From assembly GCA_038056025.1 (NCBI GenBank), contig JBBUGO010000029.1, positions 1-37,685 on the forward strand: a DNA stretch of 37,685 bases. Reading direction: 5' to 3'. The DNA comes from Patescibacteria group bacterium. GTDB lineage: Bacteria > Patescibacteriota > Minisyncoccia > 2-02-FULL-40-12 > GWA2-44-9. Both the position numbers and the translations under genes were made by a program. Positions 1-8,973 of the stretch are shown in pieces. Position 1 is the stretch's first letter; each line of letters starts with the position of its first letter. The notes under the pieces are model-generated. The model was not told the origin of the DNA and did not search any database. It saw only the letters and a program-made list of their open reading frames with translations.

Positions 1-1324
<1,324 letters not shown>

Positions 1325-1336
1325 ATTTTGAACTGC

Positions 1337-1435
1337 AAATCCTAATTCCTAATATCTAATTTCTAACGACTTCAGAGACTTCATCGGGTCATTTGTGCTT
1401 AGATATTGTTTAGATATTAGAAATTTGAAATTAGA
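1337..1435. repeat. Two heptamer tandem arrays in inverted orientation
   Basis: aaatcct-aattcct-aatatct-aatttct at 1337-1364; ttagatattag (1410-1420) is the reverse complement of ctaatatctaa (1349-1359), followed by more agaaatt-like units. Confidence 0.75.
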
Positions 1436-1514
1436 CATTTCAGAATAGCTGTGCTATTCTGTGGTACGCCCTCGGGCGGTTTTTAAATCCTTTCTCTCTA
1501 AAGAAAAGGATTTA

Positions 1515-1533
1515 CCCTGAGCGCGGCGAAGGG
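1515..1533 (+). repeat. Short palindromic (REP-like) element, family A
   Basis: ccctgagcgcggcgaaggg; matches copies at 4261, 23056, 23273 and 37579. Confidence 0.7.
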
Positions 1534-1549
1534 TTACAATACATAGATC

Positions 1550-1735
1550 ATGGGAAATCTACTAGCATTTTTGCGCGATGTGCGCGCGGAGCTGGCGAAG
1601 GTCAGCTGGCCTTCGCGCCGTCAGACAATGATGTATACGCTTACGGTCGTTGCAATTACTTTCGTGATTGCTATCTACCTTGGCCTTATTGATCTGGGCC
1701 TCTCACGTTTACTGAACTTTATCATTACTCGCTAA
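1550..1735 (+). CDS. secE: Preprotein translocase subunit SecE
   Basis: FLRDVRAELAKVSWPS motif, one TM helix, immediately upstream of nusG. Confidence 0.95.
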   Translation: MGNLLAFLRDVRAELAKVSWPSRRQTMMYTLTVVAITFVIAIYLGLIDLGLSRLLNFIITR

Positions 1736-1738
1736 GCC

Positions 1739-2284
1739 ATGCCGAAACAAATCACCTCTGCTGAACGCAAATGGTACGCGATCCATACATACTCGGGATA
1801 CGAGGATAACGTGGCTCGCAATCTTATGCAGCGCGTCGAGTCACTCGGTTTTGAGGACAAAATATTTAATGTTCTTGTTCCCAAAGAAAAGAAAATCAAA
1901 ATCAAAGGAGGCAAGCGCGAGACCGTCGAAGAAAAAATCTATCCCGGCTATGTCTTGGTGGAGATGCTCGTCGACGACGATTCTTGGTATGTGGTGCGCA
2001 ATACGCCTAACGTGACGGGCTTTATCGGTGCCGGCACGGTGCCCACCCCACTTTCCGATGCCGAGGTTGAGGAATTACTGCGGCGCACGGGGATTGAAGA
2101 GCCGAAATATAAGATTGACGTGGCGGTAAATGATCGCGTGAAGATTACCGACGGTCCATTCAAGGACTTTGACGGCAAAGTTGCCGAAGTGGATGACGAG
2201 AAAGGCCGCGTGAAAGTACTGATAACCATTTTTGGACGCGAAACACCGGTTGAATTAGATTTTCTTCAGATAAAGAAAATCTAA
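1739..2284 (+). CDS. nusG: Transcription factor NusG
   Basis: WYAIHTYSGYE, IYPGYVLVEM, KOW motif GPFKDFDG, IFGRETPVEL. Confidence 0.98.
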   Translation: MPKQITSAERKWYAIHTYSGYEDNVARNLMQRVESLGFEDKIFNVLVPKEKKIKIKGGKRETVEEKIYPGYVLVEMLVDDDSWYVVRNTPNVTGFIGAGTVPTPLSDAEVEELLRRTGIEEPKYKIDVAVNDRVKITDGPFKDFDGKVAEVDDEKGRVKVLITIFGRETPVELDFLQIKKI

Positions 2285-2325
2285 TTCAACAAGTTTAAAG
2301 TTGTAAAGTTTATAAAGTAAAATTC

Positions 2326-2748
2326 ATGGCGAAAAAACTAAAAGCGAAAATCAAGATACAGTTAGAAGGCGGCAAGGCAGTACCCGGTCAATCATTGGGT
2401 ACGGCGCTGGGTCCTCATGGAGTGAACATGGGGCAGTTCATCGCGCAGTTCAACGAAGCCACCAAAGACAAAATGGGGCAGGTAGTTCCTGTCGAGATCT
2501 CTATCTACGAAGACCGAACATTCGATTTTAAGTTGCGCACATCCCCAGCGGCATACCTTTTGCGCGTAGCGGCAGGCCTGGAAAAGGGTTCAGGCGAGCC
2601 CAACAAAAACAAAGTTGGTACCGTTACCAAAGCTCAAGTGCGTCAGATTGCCGAACAAAAGATGGCAGATTTGAACGCGAATGACGTAGAAGCGGCGATG
2701 AAAATTATCGAGGGCTCTGCCCGCTCGATGGGGATTGACGTCAAGTAG
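2326..2748 (+). CDS. rplK: 50S ribosomal protein L11
   Basis: [26 protein letters not shown]; position after nusG. Confidence 0.97.
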   Translation: MAKKLKAKIKIQLEGGKAVPGQSLGTALGPHGVNMGQFIAQFNEATKDKMGQVVPVEISIYEDRTFDFKLRTSPAAYLLRVAAGLEKGSGEPNKNKVGTVTKAQVRQIAEQKMADLNANDVEAAMKIIEGSARSMGIDVK

Positions 2749-2833
2749 TTTGAAGATTTTCCTGTTTCGTGTAAGCTGACAGCGGCCATTGGGCCGCTGT
2801 CGTGTTCTTTGCAGAGAGAAGAGGAGAGTGTCT

Positions 2834-3379
2834 ATGGTCAGAAACGATCGATGGATTGCAAGGATGGCGCTCGAGCGCGGCCTCATCCGTCCGTTTTCCG
2901 GGCGAGTTGCAGGGCCGAGCATCGCTTCCTATGGCCTTCAGCCTGCTGGCTACGATGCGCGATTGGATCCGCGCATTCTTGTGCTCAACGATGCACTGAT
3001 AGCGGGCAAGACCCTTGATCCCCTCGATCCGGATCAGAGGATGTTTACTGTCAAGATTGCCGACCCGCACTACGATATTCCCCCACACACGTTTGTGGAG
3101 GGGATGACCGTGGAACGTTTCAAGATCCCGCGTACCTGCATCGCGCGCGGTGTGGGTAAAACGGTCTACGCGGCTCATGGCGTCAGCTTAAACATCGCAT
3201 CCATCAATCCGGGGTGGGAAGGGCGCTTGCGATTGCACATCGCCAACACGTCATCAGTGTCGGTCAGGATCTACGGAGCACAGGGCATCGTGCACCTGCA
3301 ATTCGAAGAGATCGAGTCGCCGGATATGTCTTACGACGAGCTGCGCGAAACCCGTTTCCAGGGTCAGGACAAACTGTGA
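2834..3379 (+). CDS. dCTP deaminase/dUTPase-fold protein with divergent active site
   Basis: SYGLQPAGYDARL, INPGWEG, C-terminal FQGQ; ATG 2834 preceded by GAGGAG (2821-2826). Confidence 0.8.
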   Translation: MVRNDRWIARMALERGLIRPFSGRVAGPSIASYGLQPAGYDARLDPRILVLNDALIAGKTLDPLDPDQRMFTVKIADPHYDIPPHTFVEGMTVERFKIPRTCIARGVGKTVYAAHGVSLNIASINPGWEGRLRLHIANTSSVSVRIYGAQGIVHLQFEEIESPDMSYDELRETRFQGQDKL

Positions 3380-3393
3380 TAGACACCCTTTGT

Positions 3394-3436
3394 TGCCCCG
3401 GGACACAGCTCCGGGGCATCCTTTTAATGAAAAGGA
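3394..3436. terminator. Intrinsic terminator between convergent genes
   Basis: tgccccgg/ccggggca stem, then cctttt, plus an adjacent tcctttt/aaaagga hairpin. Confidence 0.7.
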
Positions 3437-3473
3437 CGCTGCTAGGCAGCGCCCCTCTCGAACGTGGTGCATC

Positions 3474-3836
3474 TCATGCTCGTCCAGTTGCGATCTTCAC
3501 GAAGAGCTTCTTGGCGAACACACGCAGTTCCCGCGGCGACTGTTTGGCGGTGGCAACTTGCCGGACCCAGGCGAGCTTCTCCCTAGCTTCCGGGAGACGT
3601 TCTTGCGCTTGCACCATCTGTTTTGATTCCCTTTTGTGCCAGATGATGGCTTGGGGTGGCGGGTCATCCTCCATGAGCCCGTCGTGAACAATAACTCTCT
3701 CGTTGTCGGGAAATCGCAGAGAGAGCTCGCCGCTTTCTCGCCAGTCGTGTGTCCCTGGGGTGGCGATCTGGCCAAAACGTGGATGATCAGGATCCACCAC
3801 CAAAACTACCGTGTCGGTAATGGGGGTATCGAACAT
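3474..3836 (-). CDS. Hypothetical protein, 120 aa
   Basis: Strong SD GAGGAGG before ATG 3836; fills the gap between the terminator and the gatB promoter region. Confidence 0.75.
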   Translation of the reverse strand: MFDTPITDTVVLVVDPDHPRFGQIATPGTHDWRESGELSLRFPDNERVIVHDGLMEDDPPPQAIIWHKRESKQMVQAQERLPEAREKLAWVRQVATAKQSPRELRVFAKKLFVKIATGRA

Positions 3837-3931
3837 ACTTCCTCCTCGGTGCATACTATACCGGAATATCATTGCTGGTCAAATTTCTACCCTTTCTATA
3901 TAACAAAAAATCGTGCTACATTGAGTAAGTT

Positions 3932-5386
3932 ATGAAATATATTCCGACAATTGGTTTAGAGATACACGCGGAACTGAAGACCAAGACAAAGATGTTCTGT
4001 GATTCGCTCAATGATCCCGATGAAAAACGTCCTAACATCAATATTTGCCCCATTTGTATGGGTCATCCAGGCACCCTGCCTGTGGCGAATGCAGAAGCGA
4101 TTAAAAAAATAATCGGTGTTGGGCTCGCGCTGGACTGCAGCATCAATCCAGAGACGTTTTTTGAGCGCAAAAACTACTTCTATCCCGATTTACCCAAGGG
4201 ATACCAGATTACGCAATTTCAGAAGCCATTTTGTCACAGTGGGAAGCTTGAAATAGGTAACCCTTCGGCTGGCGCTCAGGGCTCGAGAAGAATCCGCATA
4301 GAGCGGATTCATCTCGAGGAAGACGTGGGGCGCCTCCAGCACACATCACACGGCGATGCCACGCTCGTCGATTACAATCGCGCCGGCATTCCTCTTATGG
4401 AATTGGTCACCAAGCCCGATTTAAGAACGTCGCAGGATGTTGTGGCGTTCGCGCAAGAACTGCGGTTAATTCTCCGATATCTTGGCGCATCGGATGCTGA
4501 CATGGAAAAGGGGCAGATGCGCGTTGAGGTAAATATTTCTGTTGCCCCGGAGGGAGCAAAAGAACTTGGCACGAAAGTAGAGGTTAAAAACATCAATTCC
4601 ATCAATGCCGCGGGGCGTGCGGCGGAGTACGAGTTAAAACGGCAAACGGAAGCTTTGGAAAATGGCGAAAAGATTGTTCAAGAAACGCGAGGGTGGGATG
4701 AGAACAAAGGAATCACCGTAAGTCAGCGCACCAAAGAGGGCTCTGCTGATTATCGCTACTTTCCAGAGCCCGATTTGCCACCAGTGGTGTTGGTAAAAGA
4801 AGAGATCAATGGCATCGAAAGTGTGCTGCCAGAATTACCAAGTAAACGCAGGGAACGTTTTGCGAAAGAATATTCATTACCCGTGGCAGATGTCGAAGTT
4901 TTCACGACGAACAAATCACTTGGGGATGACTTCGAGAAGGCTGTTAGTGAAGCATTTGCAGCTAGGGCCCCCGAGAACGATGCTGATAAGATAAAAACGA
5001 TAAAACTTTTAGCGAATTATCTGATTAACGTCTATAAGCCAGGTCCCAAAGTTGTTACTCCAGAAATGTTTGGGCAATTTGCTAGAATTGTAGTTTCTGG
5101 CACAGTTTCTTCTTCAGTTGCAGGAGTAGTACTAAAGGAAATGGCACAAACCGGTCTCAATCCGGACCACATCATTCACGAAAAAGATCTTGGACAGGTC
5201 TCCGACGAAGATGAATTAAACAGGATTATCAGTCAGGTTATCATGGACAATCCGGCGGCAGTGACAGATTTGAAAAAGGGGAAAGAGGCATCGCTCAAGT
5301 TTCTTATTGGTAAGACAATGGCGGCATCGAAGGGCAAAGCAAACCCGCAAATGGTCGAGAGGTTAATTAAAGAAAAGATATTATGA
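3932..5386 (+). CDS. gatB: Asp/Glu-tRNA amidotransferase subunit B
   Basis: IGLEIHAEL, RKNYFYPDLPKGYQI, RIHLEEDVG, DYNRAGIPLME, DYRYFPEPDLP. Confidence 0.98.
   Translation: MKYIPTIGLEIHAELKTKTKMFCDSLNDPDEKRPNINICPICMGHPGTLPVANAEAIKKIIGVGLALDCSINPETFFERKNYFYPDLPKGYQITQFQKPFCHSGKLEIGNPSAGAQGSRRIRIERIHLEEDVGRLQHTSHGDATLVDYNRAGIPLMELVTKPDLRTSQDVVAFAQELRLILRYLGASDADMEKGQMRVEVNISVAPEGAKELGTKVEVKNINSINAAGRAAEYELKRQTEALENGEKIVQETRGWDENKGITVSQRTKEGSADYRYFPEPDLPPVVLVKEEINGIESVLPELPSKRRERFAKEYSLPVADVEVFTTNKSLGDDFEKAVSEAFAARAPENDADKIKTIKLLANYLINVYKPGPKVVTPEMFGQFARIVVSGTVSSSVAGVVLKEMAQTGLNPDHIIHEKDLGQVSDEDELNRIISQVIMDNPAAVTDLKKGKEASLKFLIGKTMAASKGKANPQMVERLIKEKIL
4261..4282 (-). repeat. Family A palindromic element within the gatB coding sequence
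   Basis: cccttcggctggcgctcagggc is a reverse-complement-like copy of 1515-1533; read as PSAGAQG. Confidence 0.7.
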
Positions 5387-5601
5387 TATTTTTTAAAAAG
5401 ATCGTGGCGCTTTTGACCGGTTCGGGAGAGGTGGGCGGATTTCAGAAACCAAATCAGCAAGTGCTCGCTCGACAGGCACAACAGCAGGCAGCGCATGACA
5501 TAGGTCTTGCAAAAGAACGCGAGCAAAGACAATTTGAGGAAATTAAGAAAGAAGAAGTCGCTCGCGCGAAAGAGCACGAAGAGCGTGTTGAGCAGTCGTA
5601 A
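5383..5601 (+). CDS. Small hypothetical protein, 72 aa, coiled-coil-like
   Basis: ATGA overlap with the gatB stop; Q/E/K-rich helical composition; overlaps the miaA 3' end convergently. Confidence 0.55.
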   Translation: MIFFKKIVALLTGSGEVGGFQKPNQQVLARQAQQQAAHDIGLAKEREQRQFEEIKKEEVARAKEHEERVEQS

Positions 5602-6484
5602 ACCAACGAATCTCTTTGTTGCGCTTGAACCACATCATCTGACGCTTGGAATAGCGGACGATGTCTCGCAAGAGACCAGCGCGCATCTCTTGTTCCGAAA
5701 TCTTTTTTTGGAGATAGCGGGCAATCCAGCGGTACTCGAGCCCGAAGCCCCCCAGTCGTTTCCAGGAAACGCCGGATCGATGAAGTTTCCTGACTTCATT
5801 CAACATCCCTTGCCCGAGGCGTGCAGTAAGGCGTTTTTCGATGTTACGAGCAAGCTCTTCTTTACCTGGATTTATCCCGATCCAGGTAACGTTACTTGCC
5901 GAAGCCCCTTTCAGCGGCACAGGAACCGGCTTGCCAGTGCCTACTACAATTTCTAGGGCGCGGATAAGGCGGTGTTTGTTATGGGGGTCAATGCTTTTCG
6001 CTCGGCGCGGATCAAGCTTTTGAAGCTGTTTAAATAATTGTTCCGTGGATTGTTTCGCGAGTTTCGCGCGTAGTTTTTTATTTGGCGGCACTTCTGGCCA
6101 CGAAACGCGATTCAACAACGCGTCGATGTAGAGTCCTGTGCCCCCAACAATAATAGGAAGCTTGCTGCGTTTTTGAATGTCGCAGAGTATTTTTTGTGCA
6201 AGTTTTTTGTATCGAGCAACACTAAAATCTCTTTTTGGATCGGCGATATCAAGTAGACGATGAGGGACTATCCGTTGTTCGCGCTTGGTGACTTTACCGG
6301 TGCCAATGTCCATTCCACGGTATACCTGGCGTGAATCGGCGGAAATAACTTCACCCTTGAGCTTCTTCGCAAGTTGTATCGCCAAATCGGACTTTCCCGA
6401 AGCCGTGGGGCCTAGAATAACAAGGATTTTATTACCACGAAGCGCGAGTTGCAGCTTCTTTTGAGATTTGAGAGGCGAAGTCAT
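5543..6484 (-). CDS. miaA: tRNA dimethylallyltransferase
   Basis: GPTASGKS, ISADSRQVYRGMDIGTGK, VGGTGLY, YSKRQMMWF. Confidence 0.97.
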   Translation of the reverse strand: MTSPLKSQKKLQLALRGNKILVILGPTASGKSDLAIQLAKKLKGEVISADSRQVYRGMDIGTGKVTKREQRIVPHRLLDIADPKRDFSVARYKKLAQKILCDIQKRSKLPIIVGGTGLYIDALLNRVSWPEVPPNKKLRAKLAKQSTEQLFKQLQKLDPRRAKSIDPHNKHRLIRALEIVVGTGKPVPVPLKGASASNVTWIGINPGKEELARNIEKRLTARLGQGMLNEVRKLHRSGVSWKRLGGFGLEYRWIARYLQKKISEQEMRAGLLRDIVRYSKRQMMWFKRNKEIRWFTTAQHALRALSRERLLLS

Positions 6485-8165
6485 CGAGATTTTTCTGTCC
6501 TATATCACCTTTGCCGCGCTGGCGGACAGCAGCGGTGCCAGAGTCGGTTTCTTTTGGCCCTACCACGAGCAGATAGGGGATTTTCTGTAGTTCCGCATTG
6601 CGGATTTTTTTGCCGATGGTTTCATTCTGGTCGTACACCTCGACACGCACGCCGGAATTCTGTAATTGCAGGGCAATCTTTTGCGCATATTCGTTTTGTT
6701 TGTCGGAAATGGGCAGCACGGCCGCCTGTACGGGTGCAAGCCATGTTGGAAACGCTCCAGCCGTATGTTCAATAAGAACTGACAAGAATCGCTCGATAGA
6801 GCCCATAATAGCGGCATGGATCATTACAATGCGTTCTTTCTCTCCGCTTTCGTTGGTGCACGAAAGATCAAATCGCTCAGGCATGTTCATATCTAACTGG
6901 ATGGTAGCGACTTGCCATTCTCGTCCCAGCGAGTCTTTTGCGAGGAAATCAAGCTTTGGGCCGTAGAAATTCGCCTCGCCAATACCGTCAAAAGTGTCTG
7001 CATTCTTTTCTTGGGCAATCTCGCGAAGCATCTTTTCTGCTGTTGTCCATCGGGCTGTGTCCCCGAGATATTTTTCTGGATGTGCAGGATCGTGAAGGGA
7101 AACCCGAACGCGCATCATAAAGCCGAATACTTGGTAAAATTCATGGACGATATCCCAGATTTTAAGGAATTCTTCTTTTGCCCGTCTTTCTCGGCAAAAG
7201 ACATGTGCATCGTCCTGAGTGATTGCCCGTACGCGAGATAATCCGGCTAGTTCTCCTGATTGCTCGTCTCGGTACACCTTGGTTGTAGAGGCATAGCGCT
7301 GGGGTAGTTCGCGATAACTCCATGGTTTGCGATCGTAGATTTGAATATGGTGAGGGCAATTCATTGGTTTCATGGCAAACACATGTCCCTCCCGAGTATT
7401 AATCTTAAATAAGTCGTCCTTAAATTTTTCCCAGTGGCCACTTTTCTCGTAGAGATCCTTTTTGGTGATATGGGGGATATCGACTTGCTGATAACCACGT
7501 GCTTTACGCAATTCCCAAACGAAAGAATCGAGAAGATTCCGTATCAAAGTACCTTTCGGAGTCCAGAGAGGTAAGCCGCTGCCCACCAGTTCTGAAAAAA
7601 CGAACAAGTCTAGTTCCTGACCCAATTTTTTGTGATCGCGTTTTTTTGCTTCCTCCAGCATTACCACGTGGTCTTCAAGTTCTTTTGCGGTCGTAAAAGC
7701 AAGTCCGTAGATGCGGGTCAACATTTTATTCTTTTCGTCTCCTCGCCAGTAGGCGCCTGCGGTGTGGGTGAGCTTAAACGCTTTCGGATCGATGTCTTTG
7801 GCATTTTCGACGTGGCCTCCGCGGCAAAGATCAGTATATGAACCGGAAGTGTAGAGCGTGAGTCCTTGACTTTGATACTCGTTAATCAGCTCCAGCTTAT
7901 ACGGGTTATTTTTAAAAAGCTCGCGTGCCTCATCCGCAGAGATCTCCTTCTTTTCAAATGTTGACCATTTCTTCAAAATCTCCCGCATTCTTTTTTCGAT
8001 GGCGGGCAGGTCCTCATTAGAAATGGGAGAGCTAAATTCGAAGTCATAATAAAAACCGTTTTCGATGGCCGGACCGATAGCGCGTTTGGCATCAGGATAC
8101 AATTCCAAAACTGCCGCGGCCAAGAGGTGGGCGAGGGAATGACGGAGATGTTCTAGGTTGTGCAT
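6432..8165 (-). CDS. thrS: Threonyl-tRNA synthetase lacking the N-terminal TGS domain
   Basis: RHSLAH, DLCRGGH, RDHKKLG, KPMNCPHH, FYGPKLD, IHAAIMGSIERF. Confidence 0.98.
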   Translation of the reverse strand: MHNLEHLRHSLAHLLAAAVLELYPDAKRAIGPAIENGFYYDFEFSSPISNEDLPAIEKRMREILKKWSTFEKKEISADEARELFKNNPYKLELINEYQSQGLTLYTSGSYTDLCRGGHVENAKDIDPKAFKLTHTAGAYWRGDEKNKMLTRIYGLAFTTAKELEDHVVMLEEAKKRDHKKLGQELDLFVFSELVGSGLPLWTPKGTLIRNLLDSFVWELRKARGYQQVDIPHITKKDLYEKSGHWEKFKDDLFKINTREGHVFAMKPMNCPHHIQIYDRKPWSYRELPQRYASTTKVYRDEQSGELAGLSRVRAITQDDAHVFCRERRAKEEFLKIWDIVHEFYQVFGFMMRVRVSLHDPAHPEKYLGDTARWTTAEKMLREIAQEKNADTFDGIGEANFYGPKLDFLAKDSLGREWQVATIQLDMNMPERFDLSCTNESGEKERIVMIHAAIMGSIERFLSVLIEHTAGAFPTWLAPVQAAVLPISDKQNEYAQKIALQLQNSGVRVEVYDQNETIGKKIRNAELQKIPYLLVVGPKETDSGTAAVRQRGKGDIGQKNLDDFASQISKEAATRASW

Positions 8166-8262
8166 GTCAATTCAGATTATCAAAGAAATGCGGATGAAGG
8201 AAGGGCTTGTTATTTCCTGATTTTGGGGTAGATTAGACGGGACTTTCTGGGAGGAGAAAGCA

Positions 8263-8583
8263 ATGTCGATATCTCGTGAAACGTTGGCACACGACTGGTC
8301 GCAACGCCAGAGGCACCTACACAAAGAGGTCAAACCAGCAGTTCGCCAGCGAGCCGCCGTGTTGCTGGAAACGCCCATGAACCTGCTTATTCGAGAGACC
8401 GCAAATCGGATCATAGAAGAATGTGGCATTCCAGTACGTGATGCTACACGCTCGGCACGCGCGCTGGTGCGGGAAGTTCTCAACGGAATTCTTGAGGGAC
8501 AAGCCCTTGGAGAGTTTCAGGGAAATCGGCACAGGACTCTCAGTGATAACAGAAATCATCGAGGGCTTGCTGTTGTCGGGTGA
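8263..8583 (+). CDS. Hypothetical protein, 106 aa
   Basis: SD GGGAGGAG at 8249-8256; followed by a terminator at 8598. Confidence 0.7.
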   Translation: MSISRETLAHDWSQRQRHLHKEVKPAVRQRAAVLLETPMNLLIRETANRIIEECGIPVRDATRSARALVREVLNGILEGQALGEFQGNRHRTLSDNRNHRGLAVVG

Positions 8584-8597
8584 GTTGTGGATAGCAG

Positions 8598-8628
8598 GCG
8601 GGGCCGTCGTGGCTCCGCTTTCCTTTTT
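8598..8628 (+). terminator. Intrinsic terminator
   Basis: gcggggcc/ggctccgc stem followed by tttccttttt. Confidence 0.7.
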
Positions 8629-8666
8629 GATGCAATTTTAGTACGGTATCGCCCTAGGAGGATCTG

Positions 8667-8921
8667 GTGAAGGGGAAAAAGCGAGTAACGGTCGAGATTC
8701 GTACAACGATCCGCCGCGATGTGCGCCAGCGAGTGCGGGGAGCGCTCTTGAGGGCGATGCAGATGCTCATGAGCGGGCCAAGGGGGATTACAGAGAAGCA
8801 GGCAGCATATCTGGCCACGCGGGAGGTGGCAAGGGCGTGTGAGCACGAATGCGAGAAGCTCCATCGACGGGCCGAACCCGACTGGCTTAGCGAGGGATGG
8901 ACAACTGCCACGAGGCAGTAG
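8667..8921 (+). CDS. Hypothetical basic protein, 84 aa
   Basis: SD AGGAGG at 8656-8661 before GTG; followed by a terminator at 8943. Confidence 0.7.
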   Translation: MKGKKRVTVEIRTTIRRDVRQRVRGALLRAMQMLMSGPRGITEKQAAYLATREVARACEHECEKLHRRAEPDWLSEGWTTATRQ

Positions 8922-8942
8922 TTGTGCAGACAACGTAAAACA

Positions 8943-8972
8943 GCCCCGGAGTAACATCCGGGGCACCTTTTT
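8943..8972 (+). terminator. Intrinsic terminator, possibly bidirectional with dnaE
   Basis: gccccgga/tccggggc perfect stem followed by accttttt; aaaa on the other side. Confidence 0.75.
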
Positions 8973-8973
8973 A

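Noticed and set aside
2289-2322. aagtttaaagttgtaaagtttataaagt repeat between nusG and rplK
   Set aside because: Only three irregular AT-rich units, too weak to call as an element.
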